A stretch of DNA of 64,000 bases, taken from positions 1,568,001 to 1,632,000 of the forward strand of contig CBDFJF010000002.1 in NCBI GenBank assembly GCA_965248265.1. Direction: 5' to 3'. Within the stretch, counting starts at the first letter, position 1. Each line of letters starts with the position of its first letter. The stretch is from Candidatus Latescibacterota bacterium (GTDB lineage: Bacteria > Latescibacterota > UBA2968 > UBA8231). This document shows, piece after piece, positions 48,220 to 57,776 of this stretch. The notes beneath the pieces were generated by a model. That model was not told the DNA's origin, ran no database searches, and was given only the letters and a program-made list of their open reading frames with translations. A program made the position numbers and the translations under genes.

Positions 48220-49884
48220 TTGCTGCGTCAATCCATCAGGACAAAACTGATCGCCAGTATCGGGATCCTTGTAATCTCAATCGTCTCTTTCGGACTGATC
48301 TACTTTCCGGACCGGCTCCGCGAGCAGGCAGACGAATCGTTCGACCATGAGCTGGAGATCTTGTGCAAAGCGCTGGCTCTCGGGATCGGAGTCGGCCTCG
48401 AACACAACGATTTCGAAAGCATTCAGAAAGCCATCGATTTCGCCAAAGAGGACAAGGGCGTCCAGATGATCCGTGTTCTCGATATTGATCAACAGGTGAT
48501 CGCCGCTTTCCCGGAGACGGCATCAGATGAGTTTGCCGGTCTCAGCGTGGGTCTGACGAGAACCTCTGATTCAGTCGCGTTCTGCTCGCCCTTCTACACG
48601 GGCGAAGAGCAGTACGGGTATGTGGTTATCATCAAGTCACGTCACAGAATCGAACAAGCTGTCAATCTGGGGAGGAGTCGGTTCCTCGCGGTCGGAGTCT
48701 GCATCCTTCTGCTGTGCACGGTTGTGGTTTTCTTCATTTCAACGATGGTCTCCAAACCAGTCAACGAGCTCATTGACGCAACGGCCAAGTTCTCCAGAGG
48801 GGACTACGAGGCTCGAGTCAAAGTCTCTTCGCTGGACGAAGTCGGGATTCTTGCGGAGAGCTTCAACGAGATGGCCGAAACCATTGACGGTGCGTTGACC
48901 GAGATCGGACTGCAGCGCAATGAGGCAGCCAACACCGCCGAGCAACTGGAGAAGGAACTCGTTCGGCGCAAGCAGACGGAGGCGGATCTCCAGAGCGCTC
49001 AGGAAGACCTGGAAGACCGTGTGCAAGCGCGAACAGCGGAACTCACCGAGTCCTACGATCATTTACGCCAGGAAGTCTCGGAGAGGGAGCGGGCAGAGAA
49101 GGAACTGGAGGAACAGCGCGTCCTGTCCGTGCGCTCTGATCGCTTGCGATCTCTGGGTGAAATGGCAGCCGGAATCGCGCATGAGCTGAATCAGCCTCTG
49201 GTTGCGGTTCGGGGTATGATGGAGCACCTCCTGATCGCCCAGGAAAAGGGCTGGGACTTCAGTCGTGACAGACTCCGAGACAAGCTGGTTCAGGTCGTGG
49301 ACCAGGCGGATCGAATGGCGCATATCGTCAACCACGTGCGCCTTTTCGCCAGAGAGGCGGGCAAACCCGAACTCGGGAACGTGGACATCAACGAGGTCGT
49401 CACATCGAGTATCGACATGCTTCGAGCCCAGTTCAATTCACACGGCGTCGTTCTCGATGTCCAGCAGGAAACCGATGTCTCCAATGTTCTCGCGAACGCG
49501 TTTTCTCTCGAGGAAGTCTTACTGAATCTTCTAAGCAACGCCCGTCACGCTGTGGAAGGAAGCTCCAATGGCAGCGTGGGTACCGTTCGAGTAAAGACGA
49601 AGTCAGCGAACAGGCAGTTGGGAGGGGTGGGGGTCATGATCGAGGTGTCGGACAACGGGACCGGGATTCCGGAGGAGATCCTCGAGAAAGTGTTCGATCC
49701 GTTTTTCACCACGAAGGGCCCGGATGAAGGAACAGGTCTTGGGCTCTCGGTTTCGAAGAGTATCGTCGAGACCTTCGACGGACGACTGCAGATCGAGTCC
49801 ACGCCAGGGGAAGGAACGGTCGTCTCGGTTTACCTGCCAGTGACCGAAGCGACCACGGGCGCAGAAGTAGTGGATCCCACTTGA
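48220..49884 (+). CDS. Membrane sensor histidine kinase (HAMP-HisKA-HATPase, NtrB/DctB-like)
   Basis: Two TM helices, HAMP (DEVGILAESFNEM), H-box AAGIAHELNQPL, N-box NLLSNA, DNGTGI, FFTTK, GTGLGL. AGGAG RBS before TTG. Confidence 0.94.
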   Translation: MLRQSIRTKLIASIGILVISIVSFGLIYFPDRLREQADESFDHELEILCKALALGIGVGLEHNDFESIQKAIDFAKEDKGVQMIRVLDIDQQVIAAFPETASDEFAGLSVGLTRTSDSVAFCSPFYTGEEQYGYVVIIKSRHRIEQAVNLGRSRFLAVGVCILLLCTVVVFFISTMVSKPVNELIDATAKFSRGDYEARVKVSSLDEVGILAESFNEMAETIDGALTEIGLQRNEAANTAEQLEKELVRRKQTEADLQSAQEDLEDRVQARTAELTESYDHLRQEVSERERAEKELEEQRVLSVRSDRLRSLGEMAAGIAHELNQPLVAVRGMMEHLLIAQEKGWDFSRDRLRDKLVQVVDQADRMAHIVNHVRLFAREAGKPELGNVDINEVVTSSIDMLRAQFNSHGVVLDVQQETDVSNVLANAFSLEEVLLNLLSNARHAVEGSSNGSVGTVRVKTKSANRQLGGVGVMIEVSDNGTGIPEEILEKVFDPFFTTKGPDEGTGLGLSVSKSIVETFDGRLQIESTPGEGTVVSVYLPVTEATTGAEVVDPT

Positions 49885-49949
49885 TTCCCGGCAAGTCACA
49901 ATACCTGGATGGTCAGGCCTTTCTGACCTATCTGTGTCAGGGGTATGTG

Positions 49950-51848
49950 TTACTTCCATTTGACGACGACCAGGTTATACAGCCACAGATGCGGTACCGC
50001 GAAGCTCACGCTCCCGGTGCCCGCTGTCGCCTCGATCTTCCTCACCGAACCGGGGGAGAAGTCCGGGGACATCACGGTGACCGCGTCGAGGGATCTGCCT
50101 TCCGGTTTGCGCAGCTCGACCGCCATGTCCTCCGCCGAGAGCTTGGCATCGTAATTGATCATGTGGACCAAGGTAGTGTTCAGTTGAGTCTTCTCGGCGA
50201 CATTGATCAGCGTTGTGTTGGGTGCGTCGACGCGGATCTGGCGGTCGCCCTGCACTGCATAGTCGATCGCAGCCTCGATCTGCTCCAGGCTTGCTGGCAG
50301 GGCCTCGCGCCAGAAATCCTCTTCAGGTTCTCCCGGCAGGTAGACTGAGCGACCACGGCCCACCTCGTTCCGTACCGCGTCTTCGGCGGCCTGACCATGG
50401 TGGTGTCCGAAGACCTGGCAGAGGGCGAAGTCATCTCTGATCCGATACTTCTCATCGTACAGGGAAGTCGCACCGGTAGCGATGACCGCCCCGCCCCGCT
50501 CCACGAATCCGGCGATGGCCTCGGCTTCCTGGTCGCTCATGCAGGCCACATCGGGCAGGACGAGTACACGGTAGCCATGGTCCTGCAGGACCTGGCGGTC
50601 GACGACGACATTGAACGGGATATGGAGTTCGGCCAGCGCCTGGGCCATGCCCTGAATGCTCTTGGGCAACCCGCCCCTGCGGACAGCCTGGTCGGGGTGG
50701 TACCATTTTACCGTAGGGGCAGAAACGAAAATGGCGACGTCCGCCGGTTCGATGACATCGTTGTAGAACTGCTGGTTGTTTTTCAGGAAGGCGTAGTAGC
50801 GTTTGACGCCGGCTCGCTTGACATCCTCCTGTTGCAGTACGTTGGCGATGATGTACTGATACAGACCACCGAAAGCGATCGACTCGGCGATTCCACGCAT
50901 CGAGTCCTCAGGAGTGTAGACGTTGTCCGGCGAGTGGGCTCTTGAGAAGACTGGCTTGTCGCTGAGGGCGGTCGCGTACTTCCAATCCACCGCCGCGTTT
51001 ATCGGCCTGGGCAGGCCGCCGGCAATCCCAATACGCGGCTGGGTGTTCCCTTCGAACAATAGGATGTCCACGACGTCGGCTAATTCCGTCGTCGCCGAAC
51101 CCTTGGCCCCACCTCCACCCACCCAGGGCGGGCATACGTTGGGGTAGACGACGATCTCCGGTTTCAGCTGCTTGGCGTGGGCGACAATCATGCGGGTAAC
51201 ATCGACCAGGCTGGCGTCTCTGAAGTCGATGAAAGCCTGCCACACAGGGTCGTCCCAGTCGGGCTCCGGTGGCAGAGCGCAGGGCCAACCGAGCCTGTCC
51301 TTCGTGTACGCCTCGAACTGCTCACGGCAGACGTCGCAATAGCAGGCCCAGGACCGGAAGAATCCCTCGCTCTCGGCGCCCGCCAGCCGGCTGGGGATGA
51401 AGTGATTGTCGTAGAACAGGCCGTCGACATCCAGCTTCACAGCCTCCGCGATCATCTCCTTCAACAAACCCCTCCAGCCGGGGTTGTTTAGGCACCCCAT
51501 GTAGCGCTCGGGGTCAGATCCGTAGAGCGCGGGGGTACCGTCCTGGCAGAGCATGATCCAGTCCTTCGACTCGGGGCGCTCGTGGAACATCGGTCTCCAC
51601 TGCAGGTTGGTCGTCTTCATGTAGGTGCTGACCCTGATGCCAGCTTCATGTGCCCGCTGCACGAAGGACTGGATCGCCTTCCACTTCCAGCGTTCGCGTC
51701 TGCCCGTCGTACCGGTGAAGCTGACGAGCGTCAGGTTGGCGTCGACCTCACGGGCGATGTCGATCGCTGTGTCGCCGTCCAGGTTGATGTAGGCACTGGA
51801 CATGTACCGGACCGTGCCCCGCTGGGCCCACTGCTGTGAGTCTGCCAT
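49950..51848 (-). CDS. Glycoside hydrolase-like protein with beta-galactosidase trimerisation (GATase1-like) domain
   Basis: TIM-barrel N-terminus (CLNNPGWR, VDGLFYD, CYCDVCR) followed by HIPFNVV...VLVLPDVACMSD...FVERGGAVIATG. Confidence 0.75.
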   Translation of the reverse strand: MADSQQWAQRGTVRYMSSAYINLDGDTAIDIAREVDANLTLVSFTGTTGRRERWKWKAIQSFVQRAHEAGIRVSTYMKTTNLQWRPMFHERPESKDWIMLCQDGTPALYGSDPERYMGCLNNPGWRGLLKEMIAEAVKLDVDGLFYDNHFIPSRLAGAESEGFFRSWACYCDVCREQFEAYTKDRLGWPCALPPEPDWDDPVWQAFIDFRDASLVDVTRMIVAHAKQLKPEIVVYPNVCPPWVGGGGAKGSATTELADVVDILLFEGNTQPRIGIAGGLPRPINAAVDWKYATALSDKPVFSRAHSPDNVYTPEDSMRGIAESIAFGGLYQYIIANVLQQEDVKRAGVKRYYAFLKNNQQFYNDVIEPADVAIFVSAPTVKWYHPDQAVRRGGLPKSIQGMAQALAELHIPFNVVVDRQVLQDHGYRVLVLPDVACMSDQEAEAIAGFVERGGAVIATGATSLYDEKYRIRDDFALCQVFGHHHGQAAEDAVRNEVGRGRSVYLPGEPEEDFWREALPASLEQIEAAIDYAVQGDRQIRVDAPNTTLINVAEKTQLNTTLVHMINYDAKLSAEDMAVELRKPEGRSLDAVTVMSPDFSPGSVRKIEATAGTGSVSFAVPHLWLYNLVVVKWK

Positions 51849-52024
51849 GGTTCAAACTCCTGTCTTTCGTTGCCCGGTGGATACCCTTTTTGCCTCGGCG
51901 CTAGAGGCTACGCCGTTGACAGGCCGGACACAAGATGGCTCATGTACGGTTGCCATTTACGCCGCTCCCGGGCTATGCTCCTTGGGTGTACGTCCACACA
52001 GACCAAGCAGACCAGGAGAACGAC

Positions 52025-53344
52025 ATGAGCAACATACCCATGACCCGTGCCGAAGAGGCCCTGGCGATCCACGAAACCCGGTACTTCCACGACTCCTCCT
52101 TCGTTGAGCTCGACGACGGCCGCATCATGCACTCGGCCTACGGGGTCTTCACTTTCTCAGATGATGGCGGGGTGACCTGGTCGGAGGAGTCGCGCCACCG
52201 CGACCGCAACGGCGACCCCGTCGGTGGCAGCGGGACCTCCCTGGTGAGGTTGTCGGAAAAAGGCATAGGCCTCGGGGTGCGGCGCCTCAATCAGGACGGC
52301 AAGGTCGGGCAGGAGGCGAGTGTCATCTTCCGGCGCTCTGAGGACGGCGGTGAGACATGGGAGCCGCCCGTTGAGGTCAGCTCCCCCGGAGTCGATACCC
52401 ATGCCTACCAGGACGTGCTGTTGCGCACCTCCTCGGGACGACTCATCTATCCGGTGTACACGGCGATGGGGAAGGGCACGACGAGTTTGAACGACTCGGA
52501 GCGGCCCGCTGTTGGCAAGCTCGTGAAGGGCCAGTGGGTTGCGGTGGGCGCTCACGATTACGACCCCAGGTTCACGACCGTGTACGTCTGCTACTCCGAC
52601 GACGACGGTCGCACCTGGGAGCGCAACCAGGACGGCGACCTGTTCATCCTGCTGGATTGGAATGCCTCCTTCAGCTACATCAATGAACCATCGGTGACCG
52701 AGGTAGCGCCAGGCACGCTGCTGATGATGTTGCGCACCGGTCTGGGCCGTCACTTCCAGGCATGGTCCTATGATAATGGCGAAACTTGGACGCGCCCGCA
52801 GCCCACGTCCCTGGCTTCGAGCACGACGCCATGCCAGATACGGACCCTGCCCAACGGCCACCTGCTGATGGTCTGGAACCAGGAGAGCGAAGCGGAGATC
52901 AAGCAGGGTTACGCCAGGACACGTCTGTCCGCCGCGATCAGCCGCAACGGTGGCAGCGTGTGGGAGTTTTTCCAGAACGTGGAGTCGATGCACGAGACCA
53001 CACGAGTCGAACCGGGACCCATCTGTCCGACACGCCCCGCCGAGATGCATTTCGATCCCGGGTCCGCCTCCCCCGAGCGGGAGGTCGAGCACATCCATCC
53101 GGCGGATGCGCACGGGCGGTGGGCGTACCCATCAGCGTTCGTGCTCAAGGACCGGGTCATCATTGCCCACACCTATTCTTACTATAAGGAGCATCCGACT
53201 GAGGCCCGTCTGGTTTCTAGCCGGACCGAAGAAGGGGCACCGAATCAGAAGCAGAAGGTGCTCCCACTGAGCTGGTTCTATGGCGGCAAGGAGCCCGCGG
53301 ACAACCCATTTCTGACCACGACACGAGAGCCGGCCCAGCCGTGA
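52025..53344 (+). CDS. Sialidase/BNR (Asp-box) repeat protein
   Basis: SDDGGVTW, SEDGGETW, SDDDGRTW, SYDNGETW, SRNGGSVW; EPSV, RTRL, AYPS. AGGAG RBS. Confidence 0.88.
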   Translation: MSNIPMTRAEEALAIHETRYFHDSSFVELDDGRIMHSAYGVFTFSDDGGVTWSEESRHRDRNGDPVGGSGTSLVRLSEKGIGLGVRRLNQDGKVGQEASVIFRRSEDGGETWEPPVEVSSPGVDTHAYQDVLLRTSSGRLIYPVYTAMGKGTTSLNDSERPAVGKLVKGQWVAVGAHDYDPRFTTVYVCYSDDDGRTWERNQDGDLFILLDWNASFSYINEPSVTEVAPGTLLMMLRTGLGRHFQAWSYDNGETWTRPQPTSLASSTTPCQIRTLPNGHLLMVWNQESEAEIKQGYARTRLSAAISRNGGSVWEFFQNVESMHETTRVEPGPICPTRPAEMHFDPGSASPEREVEHIHPADAHGRWAYPSAFVLKDRVIIAHTYSYYKEHPTEARLVSSRTEEGAPNQKQKVLPLSWFYGGKEPADNPFLTTTREPAQP

Positions 53345-53454
53345 GGCCGCTGGCAGCGGGGCGCCACAGCATCCCGAGGTGAGCTCTGCTCTGGCGATGT
53401 TTCAGAGGTTGGGAAGTTCTTGCATGGGTTGCACCCGACACGCACAATGAGGTC

Positions 53455-54720
53455 ATGGAGAACGCCGCACCCAAAGCCCGCATTTGCTGCCTCGATCTGG
53501 ACACGTTCTTCGTCTCGGTCGAGCGATTATTCCGGCCGGATCTGATTGGAAAACCGGTGGTGGTCGGTGCCCTCCCGGGAAGCCGGGGTGTGGTCACCGC
53601 TGCCAGCTATGAAGTGCGCGCCTTCGGGGTGCGCTCCGGGATGTCAATCGCCGATGCCTATCGGTTGGCACCGCATGCGATCTACCTGTCCGGGCGGCAC
53701 GGGGAATACAGCCAGTACGCCTGCCGGGTGAAGGAGATTCTCGAGCGTTACACACCGATCGTCCGAACGGCAAGCATCGATGAGTACTTCCTCGACTTCC
53801 GTTACTGCGAAGGAATGTACCGCGATGACGGTGACCGCGATGACGATGCGACCATCGAACGGGTCGTGCGCGAGGTGTGTCTGGCAATCAAGAACGAGAC
53901 CGGTCTGCCAGCCAGCGCCGGTATCGCGACGTCGCGACCGGTAGCGAAGATGGCCTCGAATGTGGCCAAGCCGGCGGGGGTGCGAATGGTGCGCTCAGGT
54001 GAGGAGCGCGCATTCGTCATAGCGCTTCCGTGTCGCAAGTGGCCCGGTGTGGGACCGGTTGCCGACGAACGGCTCCGCAAATCGGGCATCAACACGCTCG
54101 GCGATCTGCTGGCGGTGCCGGAGAGTTCACGCGAGCGATCCCTGGCCACGTCGGTGCGTCAGGTGGTTTCGGGTGAGGCCGACAACGGGCTCGGGCGTGA
54201 CCGGCCGGCGTTCCGCGAGCACGATCCAAAAGGGTTGACCCTTGGCAGCATCTCCAACGAGAGCACCTTCGGACATGATGTCGGCGACCTGGACGCCATC
54301 CTGGATCGTCTGCGCTCCCTTGGCGAGCGGGTCTGCTGGCGTGCGCGGCAAAGGGGCATCCTGGCGCGTACCATCACCCTCAAGCTCCGTTACGCTGACT
54401 TCGAGACCCTGACCCGGGCCCGCACCATCAGGGCGACGAATGTCGAGGCTCGGGTTCTCGCGTGTGTGAAGGAGCTCTTCCGGGATAACTACGACGGGCG
54501 TCGCCAGGTCCGTCTCCTCGGCATTGCCCTCTCAGGGCTCCAGGAAACGAGCTGTCAGCTCGAGTTGCAGTTCGACGAAGAGGCGCGTCCGCCCATGGAA
54601 AAAGCCATCGACGCTGTCCGCGAGCGCTTCGGATATGAGTCGATCCGCCTCGGACTGGCAGAGCGGTCGAGGCGGCGCTACCGCAACCGGCCCAAACCCG
54701 GTGCAAAAGTGGCTGGCTGA
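53455..54720 (+). CDS. dinB: DNA polymerase IV (Y-family)
   Basis: DLDTFFVSVE, AASYEVRAFGVRSGM, SIDEYFLD, AKMAS..AKPAG, SISNESTF, TLKLRY, VRLLGI. Confidence 0.94.
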   Translation: MENAAPKARICCLDLDTFFVSVERLFRPDLIGKPVVVGALPGSRGVVTAASYEVRAFGVRSGMSIADAYRLAPHAIYLSGRHGEYSQYACRVKEILERYTPIVRTASIDEYFLDFRYCEGMYRDDGDRDDDATIERVVREVCLAIKNETGLPASAGIATSRPVAKMASNVAKPAGVRMVRSGEERAFVIALPCRKWPGVGPVADERLRKSGINTLGDLLAVPESSRERSLATSVRQVVSGEADNGLGRDRPAFREHDPKGLTLGSISNESTFGHDVGDLDAILDRLRSLGERVCWRARQRGILARTITLKLRYADFETLTRARTIRATNVEARVLACVKELFRDNYDGRRQVRLLGIALSGLQETSCQLELQFDEEARPPMEKAIDAVRERFGYESIRLGLAERSRRRYRNRPKPGAKVAG

Positions 54721-54938
54721 CCAGAAAAAACTCCACCACCATTTCTGACGCAGTGTGACGCAGTTGAGCTATTGTGATTGAGGCAATATAGTATTACATG
54801 ATAGAATTTTACAGAAAGTAGTATAGAATGTCATGAAACCGCCGATAGATATAGACAGAGCCGAAGGGGTTCTCCCAGAATTCCTTCATCAACGGGTAAC
54901 ATTCAGAGTTCAGGCACACCAAGCCTGAGGAGGGTCAC

Positions 54939-55244
54939 ATGCGACGGACAACACCGACTACAGTGTACGGCCAGGAAGCATTCGCCGAAGAGCTATCGAT
55001 TGGGGTCGCTGAGGCACCCGCGGTCATCGCCGACGTCGAGATGGAGGCTGATTTAGTGGCGTGGATCGATGAGTTCGATGGAGCTGGCAGGGTATTCGGT
55101 CTGGAGGGAGATACCTGGCTCGCCGAGCCGGAGCGGCAGTATGGGGATCAAATAGCCGAACTGTTCGCGCTGGCCGAGGAATTCGGGGAGTGTGTCAGTC
55201 ACACTGAATCGGATGAGTGGATGGACGAAAACGAGGCAGGATAA
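54939..55244 (+). CDS. Small acidic hypothetical protein
   Basis: Strong RBS (GAGGAGG), an AT-rich upstream region, and a 101-aa D/E-rich ORF. Confidence 0.55.
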   Translation: MRRTTPTTVYGQEAFAEELSIGVAEAPAVIADVEMEADLVAWIDEFDGAGRVFGLEGDTWLAEPERQYGDQIAELFALAEEFGECVSHTESDEWMDENEAG

Positions 55245-55360
55245 CTGAGCAGAGCCTCGTTGTCCATGACCATCAGGCTGTTATGGATTTCGGATAGATT
55301 GTCCAACGCGTCGTCCCTGCCGCGGGTTTCCTCGGGGAGCAAGGCCGTTCGCTGGTTGCC

Positions 55361-56071
55361 CTACTTGTCCTGCTGCGCCTTCCACTGTTCATACTCGGCG
55401 AGGGTTTTAGTGTTCGGCGGATAATTGCCGACCAGACTGGCCCCATTCTCGATGCGTTTGATGATGAACTGCTCCTTCAGTTCCTGGGCCGCCGCCGCTT
55501 CGGCTACCTCATCGGCCAGGTGGACGGGGACGACGACGACCCCCTCGCTGTCGCCGACGATGATGTCACCGGGAAACACGGCAACGCTACCGCAGGCAAT
55601 CGGCACCTGAATCTCGCTTGGATGGTGGACGGTCTTGTTGGTGTGGGCATTCATGGCAGCGGCATAGGCGGCGATGCCTAACTCGCCAATAGCTGGACTG
55701 TCGCGGTATGCACCGTCGGTCACGATGCCGACGCCGCCCTTCTGTTGGATTCGCGTTGCCAGAATGTTGCCCATGGTTCCCGCACTGGTGATTCCTCGCG
55801 CGTCAATGACAAAGACTTCGCCCGGTGACATCTGTTCGATCCCCACTCGTTGCGGGTCAGTGAGGTTGTCCGGCTCACCTGCATCCAAGTCCTCGCGCGC
55901 GGGGATGTAGCGCAGCGTATAGGCCGGACCGGCCATCCTCATGCCCGGCTTCAGCGGCTGGACCCCTTGCATATAGGAATTGGCGAGTCCCTGTGCCTTG
56001 AGCGCGGAAGTCAGGGTGGCGGTGCTGGGTTGCATGAGTTTGTTCAGCGTATCGTTCGAGATCGCAGTCAT
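55361..56071 (-). CDS. RraA/HMG-aldolase family protein
   Basis: MAGPAYTLRY, VIDARG, GIVTDGAYRD, VAVFPGDIIVGDSEGVVVVP. Start ATG 56071. Confidence 0.9.
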   Translation of the reverse strand: MTAISNDTLNKLMQPSTATLTSALKAQGLANSYMQGVQPLKPGMRMAGPAYTLRYIPAREDLDAGEPDNLTDPQRVGIEQMSPGEVFVIDARGITSAGTMGNILATRIQQKGGVGIVTDGAYRDSPAIGELGIAAYAAAMNAHTNKTVHHPSEIQVPIACGSVAVFPGDIIVGDSEGVVVVPVHLADEVAEAAAAQELKEQFIIKRIENGASLVGNYPPNTKTLAEYEQWKAQQDK

Positions 56072-56431
56072 TGGCCGTACGGGTTGGGAGGGAAGATTGC
56101 GACCCGAAAACGGTAAGGATGTCCCCACGTTTGATCAACCGTGCCTCGTTCCGGTAGCCTGCGACAGGGAAGATCCGATTTCATCCAGTCCCATGACGCT
56201 GACTCCCAGCGAGCCTGCGGCAAAGACAGTCTCTCTGGACGCGGCTTTTGAAGAAGCCTCACGGTCCACATCGTTCGCATCAACAGACCACATCGACTGT
56301 GATGCCGTGCGTGCCGAACTGACGGAACGCCTCCGCTCAATCCGAATGCCTGAACAATACATCCAACGATCTGGTCCGTTCTGCAATCCAGCGTCAGATC
56401 GACGGAGTACTGGGACAGCTCGAGGACCTGG

Positions 56432-56611
56432 AGGATGACCCGAGTTGCGCCGTTGTCGGCAGTGAAGTCATCGAGTAACCAGATCGAATACAGACGTAGT
56501 AGTCACCAGGCTCCACGGCTTCACCCCAATCCGCGTGCAGGGCCAGTCGTCCGTGGCCCGGCAAGGCGGTACGACTGTTGAGCGACGACAGCTTGAATGG
56601 TTCCCCAACAC
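56432..56611 (-). pseudogene. Internal fragment of a PhyH-family gene
   Basis: The minus strand reads PFKLSSLNSRTALPGHGRLALHADWGEAVEPGDYYVC, then after a 1-nt deletion SIWLLDDFTADNGATRVI. Confidence 0.75.
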
Positions 56612-56762
56612 GAGGCTGTGATCACAGCCGGATTAACAGGCAGCAAAGCAATAAGGTCAATGACCCTCGTTGACCGGCAGCCATCAAGCCCGGTGGTTAT
56701 ACTAGCGGGATGGCCAGCATCCATTAGGGTCCACCCGACACTCGACGAAAGAGCAAGGTACC

Positions 56763-57776
56763 ATGGAATACCGCAACATGGGCCGCACAGGCCTAAAAGT
56801 CTCCGAAATCTGTATGGGGACGATGACCTTCGGTAGCGGCACGGATGCGGATGAGGCCCGACGCATGGTCGATCGGGCAATCGACGTCGGCATCAACTTC
56901 TTCGACACGGCGAATTCATACGGAGGCGGAGAGTCCGAGCTCAGTCTGGGAAAAGCGCTAGCGGGCAAGCGAGACCGCGTGGTCGTGGCCACCAAATTCT
57001 TCAACCCGATGGGTCCGGGGCCCAACGATTCCGGTATGTCGCGGGTCCACATCATGCAGGCAGTTGAGGCGAGCCTTCAGCGATTGCAGATGGACTACGT
57101 GGATCTCTACTACATCCATCACGTTGATCCCGAGACGCCGATTGACGAAATGCTACGCGCCCTCGACGACCTGGTGCGTCAGGGGAAGGTTCGGTACACC
57201 GCCTGCAGCAACTACCAGGGATGGCGGCTGATGAAGGCGTTGTGGACGAGCGATGTCGAAAAGCTTGCCCGCTTCGACTGTTATCAACCGCAGTACAACC
57301 TGGTGGTTCGCGACATCGAGCAGGAGTTGATCCCGATTTGCCAGTCTGAAGGGCTTGGGGTCGTCGTCTGGAGTCCGCTGGCCGGTGGTTTCCTCTCAGG
57401 GAAATACAAACCGGGTGAGCGGGTTTTGAGCGGGACACGGTCCGCTGATGACTGGGCATATCCACAGCAGTACTTCGCCGCCAACGCAGACGAGACGCTA
57501 CAAGTGGTGGCTGAGGTGGCCACACGGTTGGGACGCACTCCGGCACAGGTGGCGTTGCGTTGGTGTCTGGAACAACCTGCGATCACTTCCGCTATCGTCG
57601 GAGCGCGCACGCAGGTGCATCTGGATGACAACCTGCACGCGGCCGACTTCCGGCTCGTGGGCGAGGTGCTCGAGCGACTCAACAGCGTGTCCCATCTACC
57701 CGATCGCTATCCCGAGGCGATGGAGAAGCACATGGACGAGCGCCGTGCCGCCCGCGTCCAGATGCCAGGCTCCTAG
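56763..57776 (+). CDS. Aldo/keto reductase
   Basis: GRTGLKVSEICMGTM, FFDTANSY, VATK, SLQRLQMDYVDLYYIH, QPQYNL, WSPLAGG. Confidence 0.95.
   Translation: MEYRNMGRTGLKVSEICMGTMTFGSGTDADEARRMVDRAIDVGINFFDTANSYGGGESELSLGKALAGKRDRVVVATKFFNPMGPGPNDSGMSRVHIMQAVEASLQRLQMDYVDLYYIHHVDPETPIDEMLRALDDLVRQGKVRYTACSNYQGWRLMKALWTSDVEKLARFDCYQPQYNLVVRDIEQELIPICQSEGLGVVVWSPLAGGFLSGKYKPGERVLSGTRSADDWAYPQQYFAANADETLQVVAEVATRLGRTPAQVALRWCLEQPAITSAIVGARTQVHLDDNLHAADFRLVGEVLERLNSVSHLPDRYPEAMEKHMDERRAARVQMPGS

Noticed and set aside
53345-53454. LexA/SOS box upstream of dinB
   Set aside because: No match to LexA boxes I know. The short GGGT-TGC-ACCC palindrome is not enough evidence.
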